Assembly (NCBI GenBank): GCA_030141605.1
Contig: JAQGDQ010000279.1
Location: 186,001-250,000, forward strand
Direction of reading: 5' to 3'
DNA length: 64,000 bases
Origin: Tubiluchus corallicola
Lineage: Eukaryota; Animalia; Priapulida
Shown piece by piece: positions 12,701-25,585 of the stretch. The position numbers and the translations under genes are program-made. The notes below the pieces were generated by a model. That model did no database searches. It saw nothing but the letters and a program-made list of their open reading frames with translations, and was not told where the DNA came from. Position 1 is the stretch's first letter. Every line of letters begins with the position of its first letter.

Positions 12701-13999
12701 TGTCAGCCATTGTAAAGGACAAATCTTCTGTGGAATATACACAGCACATTACTGGCAGGAAGGCAGCTTAGGTTAGGCTTTGTGCGGCCATCTTTGTGCA
12801 TGCATTTACTTTCAGCATATTAAGGATGTCAGTTTTATCAGTCTTTTGTCTGTAACTTGGCTACATTCGAACAATCAAACTTCCAAACGGCAATTAGTAC
12901 AAAAAAATGTTAAACAAAATACTTGTGTTGAATTTATAGAGCATGTAGTTGAAATATTTTATTATTTAAGAAGGCTTTGGCTATCACAAACCTGAAACAG
13001 GCATTAAGCACTTGTACCAAAGCATCAAAAGAACTTTAATTATTTGAAAAAGTGCAATCCTTACCTCAGCTTGTGGATACGCAGCTTTAATAAATCACTG
13101 TAATTCAGTTGTAATTTTTTACGTTTTTGCACCTGTAAAATATACTGAAAACATACAGGTGTATGTGCAAAAGGAAATGGTGATGCATTAATTTGCTTAA
13201 GGAATTTACTGTATCCAGAATGAAAGGTGGGAAGCAAGTTTGTCTTAGAACATCTCAAGTGACATGCTTTCTTCAAAAAATGCTCACTGGATTTCATACA
13301 TATCCTCCTACATTATTTTCGCCATACTATAAAATATTTTCACATATTTGAACGTTCTTCTTGTTTGACACAGTCATGAAAAATTTTTATTTAACTTTTT
13401 AATTAATTAATAAAAACTTGAATGTTATTAACATTTTAATTTATGGGAAAAAGATGGAGAGGGCATCCCAGCTAGAGGAGTACATACTATGTATAATCTA
13501 GCCTAGCCTGTTAATTTTATACCAGAGAGAATGAAATGTCCTACGTATAAACTATATGTAGTGTGTAAAACAGCCTAGCCTAGAATAACCACAAGTGTGA
13601 ATGGAACTGCAGCGAAGCTATCTACACACAAAATTGACAAATAATTGATTATCTCATACCCATAAAGGGTAGACTGAGATGTAAAAGCACCATGTTAGAT
13701 ATGTACCTGATACGGGCAACACGTTGAAGATCTTCACTTTTGCTGGAGGTAGTCACCAGCAGTTTTCAGCACAACGGTCAGCCCGATGAACATTTACAAC
13801 TTGTGTTTACTAGTTGCAATGTTGAAAGTCTTTGAAAGTTTTGTTCTTTCAAAATTATTAAGAGAACGTTTAGTAAGTTTGCGGACCTTGTAAGAAGTTC
13901 TTATCCAATATAAGTTGCTGCCATCCTGCCTTGCTGAGATAATGATTTGTGTCTCAAGTCATTTTCATTTGTCAATTTCAATCCATTATTTCAGCGTGG

Positions 14000-14500
14000 A
14001 CTGCGAGACATGGAAAAAAGGGCAAAACATACAAAAATATATACATTAATTACATTATTGTATTATTTCAAGTGCGTAATAGTCACAAAATTTATAGTGC
14101 AGCTACTGCAACACCTTATATAAAACCACTCGGTTTCAAATTTCTGCATTACATAATAAGAGACAATCTTCAAATTTGATCTTCAAAATCGCACACTACG
14201 TGGGACATTCGTACTTACTAGACATCCTAGCATACGGGCATTACTGCCTCTCTGTTCCAATATGGCCAACCTCAAAAAGACAGTTTGGGCCTCACCTTGT
14301 ACCCCTTGCTGTGCATTGCATCGCCACATGCACTGTCCATGTAGTACCTCGCCATGTACTGCAGCGCCACGTATCACAAGCCGGTACAACGCATGGTACC
14401 GTAACAAGTGTTACGGTATATAGGCTACAGCGAGCTGGTACAGCTAAGGGGGTACGCCGCACTGCTATACTAACGAAAGTCCAGCAATGCCGAATGTCAC
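14000..14500 (+). mobile_element. Interspersed repeat family A, copy 1 (unclassified)
   Basis: Homologous over ~450 bp to the reverse complement of 16840-16919 + 17662-18045 (e.g. gtgggacat..tacttact, ccttgt(a/g)ccccttgct, gcagctactgca, taaaaccactc). Confidence 0.8.
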
Positions 14501-14972
14501 ATGTGGTACACTGTTAGCTGTTACACCAGCATCCGTAAAAATCAGAAGCTGAGAATTTAAGAAAGTGAACTCTGACAATAGTATGTCAAAGAAATAACTC
14601 AAAGAAAGATGCAATAAAATAAGTACTCTAAATAAGCAAATTCTTACCTTCAACCTTTTACGATAAATTGTGCGACGAATTCCTTGCCGAAACGGCGAAG
14701 CTTAAAACGATTTATTTTGGTAACATAAGTTTCAGAACAATCAATAAAAGAAATCTTTTTTCGACAACCTTTTCTTCCTGTTTCAACGTTATCTATAGTT
14801 TCCACTGTGATTTCAACTTTCAAACGACCACTTTCCTAGTGGACGAGTTTTATGACCAAGCTTAATTTTTAACTTTTGGTATTATATGTTGTCACTTGCA
14901 GTGGCAGAAATATATGAAAAAATTAACACACATTGCTTCACTTTGATTTGGGCACAATGAACTAGTGGACAT

Positions 14973-15335
14973 TAGGGGTGAGATCGAATGTTAAAACTCG
15001 ATTTGAACGAATTCGATTCAAACCTACAATTAGGGATTCGAATAAATCAGCAATTTAGCCACATACATTCTTTATCATTAAAATGTTTGAAACAGCATAT
15101 ACAATTAGCACTATTTAGCTGCAATTTCTGTGCAAAATTTTTAATAAACTAATAATGGTTTTGCTACAGAATAAAATCAAATGCATGATCTTTGTAAAAC
15201 CACTTTTTACTAATGATTCGAAAACTTGTTCGAAAGTCTTTCAAACTCAATTCGAATTTGATTCAGATTTGAAATACTGAAATTCGGTTCAATACGAATT
15301 CGAATTCGCTTTCTGACAGAGAATGCTCACCCCTA
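14973..15335. mobile_element. hAT-like MITE
   Basis: Ends TAGGGGTGAG ... CTCACCCCTA; 8-bp TSD GTGGACAT / GTGTACAT (1 mismatch); subterminal TTCGAA/GAATTCG repeats. Related pieces at ~15400-15503 and ~16020-16230. Confidence 0.85.
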
Positions 15336-16839
15336 GTGTACATTGGAGTTACGCCAATGGTCTTTGCGAGTTGTGAGAGCTTTTTTTAATTATTCAAAAA
15401 TCTTTAAAACTGAATTGGAATTCTCATAATTTAGTTTGATTCAAGTTTGAAGGTTGCAGATTCTATGCGAATTGTATTTCTAGCAGTAAATGCTCACCCC
15501 CTAGTGTGCTGAATTATTTGAATATGTAATTTTTCAAATCTAAAATTTTGTGTTTAAATCAAAATGGAACTAAAAAAACTCATTCGAATGGAATTTGATA
15601 ATGATAATGTACATGATAATAAATGTGCCGGCAAAAACTATGACATTATTGTCTCCTTTATATTACTAAGTTAAAAAATAATATAAAATAGTTAAACATA
15701 CCAGCTAACCTGTTGTCCAAGGATATCCTCAACAAGGAGCTGGAAGGAAGCACGGCACATGGTGTTCTATTATTTTAACACAAATCACAAAGGATTGAAC
15801 AGTGAACACAAACTTTTTAGAGGAAGATTATTAAAGTCAGCATAATTGGATAATTACACCGGCAATTGGGCATAATGCCAAATGCTCCTTATCCTACAGT
15901 TTTGCATCTTCATTCATAAATCTGTTTTCCAGGACAGATCAAGGCAAACAGGGTAAACATGTATAAATACTAGAACTAGAGATATGCCATATTGGCATAT
16001 TTCTTGACACCCCTATTCAACACAATGTTTTTTTATCATTAAAGCATTTTACACATCAGACAATTAGCAGTTTAGTTGCGATTCCTGTGCACAATTTTTT
16101 AACAAGTTTCTAATCATTAATTTTTACTGTATCAATCAAGTAATATGCACGATCTTTGTGATGCTGCTTTTAATAAGTGATTCGAAAATTTTAAAAACTG
16201 AATTCGAATCAGAATCCATCTAAGTAAGTAAAATCGAGTTATACGTGATAAGTGTAGGTCTTTCACGTGCTTTATTAGCAACATCACAAATGGGATTGTA
16301 TTTTTACGCATTTTGTCAGCAATGATGCCTATGTAATTTTTTGTTCTGGTTTTCATTTTCTATTGTATAGATATAGTTGTCCAGGTATTCAGTGCAGGTC
16401 ATAACTCTTTATGTTTCCTTGAAACATTCTCACTGCTCACTGCCTTGCACATTATTTTCTACAGAAAACAACCATCTTTTGTAATGAAAAGGGCGTAAAG
16501 AAGACAGCGAAAAGTGAAGACCCACACGACGGGCTCACAGGTGATATCCCTGATTGCTTAGATGTTATGTATGGAAACTTGCAAAGTTTAATTATTAGCG
16601 TGTTAAGAAATTTTAAGCTTTTCTGAAAGTTCTGCTAATAGCATTTCAACATTTTTGGTGGGTCGAGCAACACTGGAAATCCTCAAATTTCGATTGAGGT
16701 AAAAAGCCATTAAAAATTCATACCTGAATTAGAGTAGCGTTTGGCTTTGTATAAATTAATAATTAACACAGTGCTATAACTTTTTAAGTTATATTATTAT
16801 TAAGTATAATAAAGTTTTGGCTTTGAGTCTGACGTTGCC

Positions 16840-18045
16840 GCTTGCTTGCCGTGTGCCGCATACCGCATTGGCTTGTACCACTGCTGTGTTCGGTAGCACC
16901 ATGTCCATGTGCTGTCTTGGGCGCTATTACACTTTCGCACCGCCTAGTTTTTTGTAGGTTATTACTCGTTTCTAGGCTCGTACGTCATTATTCTATTATT
17001 CTTACGTCATCAGTGAATGTTTCCGCTAATCTAATTGTAATTTAATCATATATTTAGGTATAATTACCAATAATTACGCTGTATTCACAGTTCTACACCT
17101 ATAGTTATACAGTTCGTATCGCCATCTTGTTTGTGTGTGTAGTCACGTAACGAATTTCGTACTAGTTTATGCATTATCAGGGCCTAGCTTAAAAGCACGT
17201 GACACACTTTCATCTTCACCGCATTTACGAAATAAAGAAAAAACCTTTACTTTTTTATAATCTAATAGTAATAATACTACAGTAATAAATAAAATTAATG
17301 ATAAATAACTGTAGTCGTCTAAAATAATTTTCTCGTATATGCCAGCTTGGATCCCGTGCCGGCAACCCTAATAATCATAAATTATGCAAAGAAACTGAAA
17401 ATACATGTTAAGGGCCACATCGTCACTGCGCGAGAGCGATTGCGCTTTAGTGGTGTAAACACGGTTATTCACGTGGAGCTTTTTGCATAATGGCGTCGGT
17501 AAGTAATGTATGATTTTAATCTGGAATTATAAAGCCTAAAAACCAATAATATTATGGGAATATGGTGTATATTACGCCTGTTGGTCTGCTTTCTGGTCTG
17601 CAGGCGTGAAAACAACCAATAGGCCAGGAAAAACTAGGCGGTGCGAAAGTGTAATAGCGCCCTGTCTTGTTGTGTACGGTGTACCGCCTCGTGGTACTTG
17701 GCGAGAGTACATGACGAGGTGTTGCGTGGCACCAGAGAACATGGCGATGCAGTACAGAGCAAGGGGCACAAGGTAAAGCCCCAATTGTCAAGTTGAGATT
17801 GGCTGATATTAGAACAAGTGGGCAGTATGCTAGGGCGCCGAGTAAGTGCCCATGTCCCACTTAGTATTTTTGAAGATGTAACCTGAAAATTTGATCATTA
17901 TCATGCAATGCCAAATGATTTGATCTGAGTGGTTTTATTAGGCACTGCAGTAGCTACACTATGTATTCCATGGGATTTGTGCATATCATGCTCTTGCAAT
18001 GAATGTATATTTGTGTATTTTCCTCTTTTTTCAGTGTCTTGTGCT
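16840..18045 (-). mobile_element. Interspersed repeat family A, copy 2, split by the Merlin-like insertion
   Basis: Reverse-complement homology to 14000-14500 continues on both sides of 16920-17661. Confidence 0.75.
16920..17661. mobile_element. Non-autonomous Merlin-like DNA transposon (742 bp)
   Basis: Perfect ~33-bp TIRs GGCGCTATTACACTTTCGCACCGCCTAGTTTTT; perfect 8-bp TSD CTGTCTTG (16912-16919 / 17662-17669); 5'-GGNRM end plus 8-bp TSD fits the Merlin/IS1016 superfamily. Confidence 0.85.
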
Positions 18046-19409
18046 TTTAGGCCCATTGCACACAGGGGACATGTGGGTTTTCACATTTTGACCTTGTGAC
18101 TTTCCTCACAGAAATGGAACACATTGCTTTCCATGGCGTATTTCACACAGATGCCTCTTGAAGTTTTTTCAGTTCACATTTGGTCATATTTTTTAATGCC
18201 ACACGGTTGGTCATGCAGCTGGTTGCGCAGTTTGCCACACAGTTTTAAGCTTCTTCAAAATGCCAGTTTGGTCTCTCCTGTTTTGGTCATTCTGTTCATT
18301 TTTAGCTTGTGAATTCATCTTGAACAGTATTCATACTTTGCGTGTCATCTAGTCTATTTGATACTCCAATAGATATTTATTTGATGTTTAGCTTTGTGTG
18401 GGTCTACCGCAAATAATGCCTGACTTGTTAAAACTTGTAAAATATTGTTATCATTGATTAGTTGTAAGTAAAGATAACTTATAAAAACAATAAATAAACA
18501 TTTTTAGAGTGATGCTTTTTGGTCATCCATATTTTAGTCCCAATTGTACTATTCTAAGTTGGTATCACCAACAAACTTCGTCACTAATACTTTTTTCTCT
18601 AGGCATTTCAAAATTTAATTTGCTTAATCATTTTGTAAATCATGCCAGTCAGATCATAATTGAGAAGTTGAAATTGAAGTCTCATATTTTGGGCATTCTA
18701 GTGTGGGACTCTTGCAGGAGAAGCAGAATTTCTTGTGTTCCTTAATACGAGAGAGGGTAAATGCCTCCTTGTCTAACCTATATAGCTAGCCTCACAGCTA
18801 GGACAAATATATGTATAGATCACAAAAGAAGAGCGCAAGTCATCACATACTTTACGGTGTTTAGAATGATATGTAGTTTAAACAATATGAGGTTGTAAGT
18901 AATCATCAGAATTAGCTGTCACATTCTCAGATTCATTACCCATATACTTCTTATTCATAAAGATGAAGGTCACGTTATTCACAAATGACTGTGAGTAACC
19001 ATTATGCATGCACCGTTTGTTTAGGGAACCCTAAAAAGTGTTGATGGTGTTATTGTGTAGGTTCTGGCATCTTCGTGTATATTGAAGAGTGAAAAAAGAA
19101 CTCGTTGAAACGCAGTGCTATTCAGATGCATTCAGATAAAGCCTCCTTACTATTCCACCTCTTTTGTTGTCTCATACGTTCACAAGCGCTTGTTCCAGCC
19201 TAATTGAGATTAAAGTCCCAAAGTCATAGATTTTTGTTTATCACTATTCGTAACAAATTTTTAGTTGCTGTTTGTGTATTTATTTTATATATTTCTAGTA
19301 ATTTGTTTAGAAGACTCGCATGTTTTGTGCAATAGCTTGCTTAGGAACCTGGCTCCTAGGTAAGGCTAGTTAAATTCAAATAATACAAATCTTTTTATGT
19401 CTTAAAGCA

Positions 19410-19540
19410 AAAGCCAAGTCTCTCGGGAAGTTGAACTTATTCTAATAGTTGAGAAAAATGTTAGAAAGTTTCAGGTTGTGATGAGCGCCTCGTGTAATTA
19501 ATAATTTCAATTTAAAATCGTGATCATTTCATGCTTGGGC
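19410..19540 (+). mobile_element. Internal fragment of Kolobok-like family K1
   Basis: aaaatgttagaa..ctcgtgtaatta..tttaaaatcgtgatcatttca matches 31140-31265 and 49995-50120. Confidence 0.7.
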
Positions 19541-21005
19541 GTGCTCGTTTTGGTGAAAAATGGCATCATCTGGTTACCGTGCAGTATAAACAGTTATTCT
19601 GCCAAGTGCTTCAGCAGTCATTTTTTGACTTATATAACCAACTCTATAAACTAAGTAACCCACCCGGTACCTACTGTATGCTCGCAAGTTTACATGTGTC
19701 TCTGAAGGTCAACAAAAGTCTGTAAATTAATTACATTTATGCAATTAATGTATACTACTTACACATTTTACGGTAATATCCTGTAGGTTAGAGCTATGTA
19801 ACCACTTTAATCTTGGTCATAATTGATCAAATGACTAATTTTTACATAAACGAGTTAAACACAACGCTAGAATAACTGAACTTCTGAGTGAACTGTAGAA
19901 ATTTTGCAACGTGTACCTTCATCACTGTTTACCTTCACAGCATTCACGTTGCCCAGCAGTCACCAACTTACGTCATTTTTACAAATATGCCGGCAGCAAT
20001 GTTCGTTTGGCGGGAGATAAAAAATATTTAAATTCCTTTTACATTTTTAAGCAAAGCATTCTTTGCGCATATATTGTGTGGTGATTTCAATATTTTTAAT
20101 TGTATATTACAATGCAATAAATGTTGTTCGAAGGTTGGTTCTTCTTTTAAGTAGAGTCAGTTAGAACACTATGACAATTTTGTAGGCCATTGTACACCAG
20201 TTAGGGGTTAATTTCTATGCTGCAAGTATTATTTGTGCAGCTGTCAAGTTTTTACATTATGACAACAAGGCATCAATAAGCTACAGTAGTTTTCATAATG
20301 ATCCATCCATAAATGCTTGTGATTGTCTTCTGATGATTTTTAATTCATTTCGTAAAAATGGCTTTGGTTTAAAATGGTACTGTGCTTTTTGAACTACCGA
20401 CTTATCATTTAACACACTTGCCTTAGTTGATTGCAAGCTATCGCCCATCTGCCTGCACTGCGTGTATGTTGAGGGCTGCAGGAGAAACTAAATTCCTGGG
20501 TAATTAAAATGTCTGCAGTTTCACGTACTGAACAGGAATAAATGACCCAAACCCGAGCGATCGAATTGGCATTTTCATAAAGCTTAAATTGGGTGGAGGT
20601 CCTGACGGACTGTGGTCGTGTCGACTGTTGAATAAGGCATTTACTTGTTTCTTGTTAGTTAGCGCTTTAAAAATTTCTGTTTCAGTTAAAAAATGTGTTG
20701 CAGTCATATCATATTATGGGGCAGAGTGGTTATGTCATATAATGGTGGCAGACTGGCAGAAGGATTATGAGAGAATGTTAAAGGATTTCTGCTTACATAT
20801 CCTGGTAAGTTTTCGTTGAGTATAGTATGTTTTGCTTGCACCAGATGGCACCAGTGGCAAGTAGTAGTCAACAAATGTGCAGTGTTTATCCAGCTTGAGA
20901 ATAATCAGCTGGAAACTGTCCTGAAATCTTGGTCTCATTATTGTAGGTCGTTTATGCACAAAAATCATTTAAGATGTGTACAAAACCACAATTTGTATGA
21001 TATGC

Positions 21006-21490
21006 AGTGATGGGCAAATGAACATGCTCAAGTTCTAATTTTTTATGAGCAAAATGAATGTAGTTGTTGAAGTTCCTGTCAACCAGAATGAAATTCAAAT
21101 TTTGGCAAAGTTGCAAAGTTCAAGTTTAAAGTTGGTAGTAACAACCTTAATGGTGCTACTAATGAATTAGACATGTAGGTCTGTACATGTAGTTTTTAAA
21201 CTTGCATTCTTGAAGTCGTTTTTCAATTTTTTACGAATTTAGCTCATTTTTTTTATTTTTGCACTTCAATTTGACTGAATTTGGTTGCGTTTGGCTTGAT
21301 TTTATCAAGAAATTGGATTACAAATGACTTCCATAATTAGCAACCTTACCTGACGATCTTGCACATTGAATACTGGGATAAATTAATTTCTTGGGAATGA
21401 ATTAACAGAAATTATTTGTTCTTTCACTTTTTTTCATTTCTAGTTTTGATAGATGGAACTCGTTCATGGTCAAGTTCAGGTTACTTTTCT
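21006..21490 (+). mobile_element. hAT-like MITE remnant
   Basis: Begins CAGTGATGGGCAAATGAAC with repeated AAGTTC/TGAAC subterminal motifs; right end and TSD not resolved. Confidence 0.5.
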
Positions 21491-21499
21491 AATGATTGC

Positions 21500-21971
21500 G
21501 AAGATACAAGAAAACACTCTCTTCTTATATAAAGCTTAAAAAATTTGTATAAAAAATTTTGTCACTTACATACTGTCTTATTGTATACGGAGCTTGAGAA
21601 ACTCTTGTGATAGTTGTTAGGCGCAGCCATTTTGAGTGCAAGTCGTTTGGAATAAGTTTAAATAACATTGCGTAAAGTTTGAAAAAGTAATCAGGACATT
21701 CGTAGCGCACACTCTTTGCTAACTTAGCAAAAGTTTAAATTACTTTATATAGCCAATGAGATCAATAATATGTTTTTTGGTGTATCAGTGGTGCACACTG
21801 GGATGGCGATGCAATGCTATTTTACGAGGTAGCGTGAATATTTTAAATTATTAAGAATTTTCTTTTCTGATTACATAAGTCTTTCAAGCAGGTGAGCATA
21901 ATGCTAAGTAATATAACTTTGTGTGGGAAGTCTTTGGGGTGTATTTTCAATTCCCTTGTCTTCCCTTTTAA
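21500..21971 (-). mobile_element. Kolobok-like family K1 copy
   Basis: Reverse complement matches the K1 5' end at 39926-40260 (aagacttcccacacaaagttatattactt, cccagtgtgca, gagtgtg); ends ..CTTCCCTT+TTAA at 21968-21971; left limit approximate. Confidence 0.75.
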
Positions 21972-22539
21972 GTTCCTAAGTCTACAAAAAAGTGAACGAG
22001 TCCCATCATTTGGCACTCAACAAGCTGAGATCGAGTTCTCAGTGGCAGGGCCTACTTACTGTAGGTGGTTTTGTGGCAGGTCCAGAACTGTGTTCATTAT
22101 CATTCTCCTCTAGAATGAGACACTGAACTGGAAGTGGCATCTTTGTCATGTTCAGATGTGTACACATCATTCCTCAGTCAGGTATTTGTTTATGGGCGGA
22201 TTGGCATTTTACCATTACAAAAAAGTTGTTCGGGATGAATCGGACTGTTGAACACTTGTTATGTGTATTAATTTCATTTAATGGTATATCGTCATACAGT
22301 AGTTTCTAACATTATTTGCAAACCTCTCTTCAGATATTTTGCTTTTAGCTCATAGCATTTACTGTGGCAGAGATATGGCTTTTTTATCAAAATTGCATGT
22401 TTTGGAAAATATATTCTTGCAAAAAAGTATCTTTGTTAGCTCTCTAGTATACAGATGACTTTGCGCATAAAGTGTGTCAATTTGGTCGAATTATTTGATT
22501 TTGTAAGCCGCCTCGTAAGTTGTTGTTAGTGAATGTAAG

Positions 22540-22670
22540 TAAAAGTGGCACAGGAAAAAGTGGCACAGTAAAGATGGCGTCGAAAAATTGGCGCTGGAAA
22601 AAATGACACAAATGGAAAAGCAGGTGAAAATGACATAGGTAAAAATGGTACAAGAAAATATGACACACTT
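22540..22670 (+). repeat. Degenerate ~15-bp minisatellite (GGAAAAAATGGCACA)n
   Basis: aaaagtggcacagg aaaaagtggcacagt aaagatggcgtcg aaaaattggcgctgg aaaaaatgacaca..; related arrays at 710-830, 27415-27510, 49155-49525. Confidence 0.75.
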
Positions 22671-23224
22671 TGCCTTTTTTAATGCACACCATCGCTAGTA
22701 CACCTGTCCGTTGAATCAAATTGCTAAACTGATGAAGTCTAACATATTTTATTAATATAATTTACACAGAGTTCAAAATAAACAGTACATTACCATCTAA
22801 AGCAAGCAGCATCAGTGAAAATTGTTACAGTGACCCATAACTCATTACTGTTGATTCAAAACTTTAATTGGTAACTGAAGAAAGTTGAGCTTACACATTC
22901 TCGTCAGAAATATTTTGTTAGTAGCAAAGAACAGACATTCCATTCGTGTATTAAGTATTTTACAGTATAAACTAGTTTTAATTTAGCTTAATAAAATACA
23001 TCATTAATATCATCGTTATTGATTACAATATAGTTATATCTGGTTAATCCATAATTTGTGCAACTACACATGTTATTTACATATGCAGATATATGTAATA
23101 CGCAGCTAAGAACATATCATAATTACCTGTGCTATAAACAGTAATGCAAAGAAAAATGGTTTCTTGCTCATAGCGATAGAAAGTGTCAAAGATTGTCAAG
23201 AATGCTCACTATTCAGCAATGAAA

Positions 23225-23537
23225 ATAACTGAATAAAATGCTGACAGCAATATAATGACTTTGTGCATCAAATATACAGAACTTCCTGAATGCTTGCTGT
23301 TGAGAAATAAAAAAAATCTGAATAAAAAACTGACAACAATGTAATGATTTTGTGCATCAACATACAGAGCTTCCTGAATGCTTGCTGTTGAGAAATGAAA
23401 AAAGAAATCTGAATTAAATGCTGACAACAATGCACAGACTTTATGCATCAAACATACAGAATGCCGTGAATGCTTGCTACTGAGAAATGAAAAAATATGA
23501 ATTGAGTGCTGACAACATTGTAGTGACATGTGCATCT
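23225..23537. repeat. ~89-bp tandem repeat, ~3.5 copies
   Basis: Unit ctgaat..aatgctgacaacaat..gactttgtgcatcaaacatacaga..tgaatgcttgctgttgagaaat.aaaaa repeated head to tail. Confidence 0.9.
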
Positions 23538-23872
23538 GTCTGTTATAGATACTAACGTTTGATCTGGCAGTAATAATTTGACCTCTAATTGTGCAGGTCA
23601 TTGAAAGAGTTAAAATGTTAATTATAGTTAAAAATATTCAGCGATTTGTTGAAGTATTTCTGTTTCCTTTCGACAAACATGTTAATCCTTCAACATTGTT
23701 GATCATACATGCTTGCTACTAATTCTTTTTGCGTGGTTGTTAAGCCCAATAGCTGTAGATGAAACAGATGTAAATTGGATGGATGTGCCAATCAGGAATT
23801 AACTTACAAGTTCCAAGGTTGAGTTTTGACAGAAAACTGCTGTATTTTGAATTGTAATTATTGCCATCCTAT

Positions 23873-24233
23873 TAGGGTTGTATTACCCTATAGGCTAGTA
23901 TAGGCTGCAGCCTTTGGCCCTCAAGTTTGGGGGGGGGGGCATGTTTTGCATTGCTGAATTAAAGTTACTCCTCATTTAAGAGAAAGGACCCCTGTTTGAG
24001 GCCTTTTATTTGAGACAAAGGGCCTTTGTTTGAGGCCCTTTACTTGAGATAAGGGACCCTCTTTGAAGAACTTTATTTGAAATATGGGGAACCCAGCTAT
24101 GCAAATATTGCTAAAATACATCACAAATAAAAGATGTTCAAGTTGAATATGAGCAAATTAGAGGTTGACTCCGTTTGTGAGGGCATTGTAATTTAATTAG
24201 CGTAGGGGCCCCAAAAGGTCATAATCTGGCCTT
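23873..24233. mobile_element. hAT-like MITE (degenerate CAGGGCCGGATTA-type ends) with three internal ~33-bp repeats
   Basis: Left tagggttgtattaccctataggc..., right ggggcccc..taatctggccttg; internal aagggacc..gtttgaggcc.tttatttgaga x3; TSD not convincing. Confidence 0.55.
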
Positions 24234-24687
24234 GCGCCCTGTAAATGATATATTGTTACAGTAAATAAAGCAATCCACCTTTCAGAGTTTGGAATTTTTT
24301 AGTTTCTTATTAGAATTAGTTAAATGCTTTGCAAATGCCCGTTGCTAAAGGACGATTGGGTAATGTCTTGTCAAAACGAAGGGTGACAGTTGCTATAGTA
24401 ACCGAATTGAAGTAATTGAGTAATTTGCGTGATTGTGCAGTATTTGTCTAATTTGAAATTGCAGAACATGTGATTGATGTGAAGAGTGAAATTGTTTTCA
24501 CAGTTGCTATGGGGCACCTGTACTGTGAGTTAGCAGCAAGCAAGTATGAACTTCTAACAGTAAGGTGTGGTTCTTTTAGAACCCTTAGCACTAAGCCATT
24601 ACATATCCATGTTACTTAAGATCTCCTCCATCCCAAATTTAAAAGGAGAAATTATCAGTCATTTTGAAATGCTTGAGTCTGTCCGCA

Positions 24688-24955
24688 GTTGCCTAGCAAC
24701 AGGCAAAGGTCATCCACAGGCTAGTTTGAAGTAAGAAAACAATAAGAAGCATAAGTTCGCCGGTCATTGTGTAAGAATGTAGTGGTCAGTAATCGCTTAT
24801 TTCCAACTCCTCTGCCCAGGAGACAACTTTTACAGTTAGCTTTTTACAGTCTTAGGTAGAGTAATTGCAACACGTTGCCTAGCAACAAGCAAATGCCATC
24901 CACAGTCCAGCTTGTAGGACAAAAACTATAAACAACATCAACTCTCCTGTCATTT
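24688..24955. repeat. ~85-bp direct duplication, each copy starting GTTGCCTAGCAAC
   Basis: 24688-24770 vs 24874-24955: gttgcctagcaaca.gcaaa.g.catccacag. Confidence 0.75.
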
Positions 24956-25249
24956 CATTCACCTGCAAACAATAAACAAATGAGTGCACTTTTTTGATAG
25001 TCAAAATGTGAATTTTTTGCTATCCAAGAACTTCTCAAATCCCATTCAGATAAACTCTATGTCTAGTAACGCCTTTCCGTGAATTAAAAGCAGTGAGTGA
25101 CTGGTCTTTTCTGATCGTATTATGACTTCCTTGTACAGGCTAACTAGTTGGTTTGATGAATTGTCATTCAACGTTTGTAAGTTGGAGTCTCGCCCTGTCT
25201 ATTCACATTTCATGGCGTCCATTGAACGAAGCGGTATCGTGGTAAACAG

Positions 25250-25566
25250 GGCAGGGATTCATTAAAATGTTCGTAAGACAAGAAAGTAGGTAGGTAGAAT
25301 GGTTGCTCAGTCAATCGGTAGATAGGTAGGTAGTAGACAGACAGACAGATAGATAGACAGACATTATCAGCCTTTTCCTCTTCCACGAACACACCAGCCA
25401 CAGCCATTTAATTTATTTAAACTGTGCACGACATGCAAAATTATAACGCAAGCTCTAGTGTTACCAAAAAATTTAAGAAGATTTTAGGAAAATGGGCTTT
25501 AGTGAACGGGTGCGTAGCACTAAGAATGTTTCTATGCTTAACGAATAACTTTAATGAATCCGGCCC
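25250..25566. mobile_element. PIF/Harbinger-like MITE carrying a (GGTA/GACA/GATA)n microsatellite
   Basis: Ends GGCAGGGATTCATTAAAATGTTCGTAAG / CTTAACGAATAACTTTAATGAATCCGGCCC; flanked by CAG on both sides (25247-25249, 25567-25569), a CWG-type 3-bp TSD. Confidence 0.7.
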
Positions 25567-25585
25567 CAGGGTTGCATGACAATTA

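Noticed and set aside
18055-18295. Minus-strand Cys-containing peptide reminiscent of a piggyBac C-terminal domain
   Set aside because: Cys spacing incomplete, stops present, no DDD core nearby
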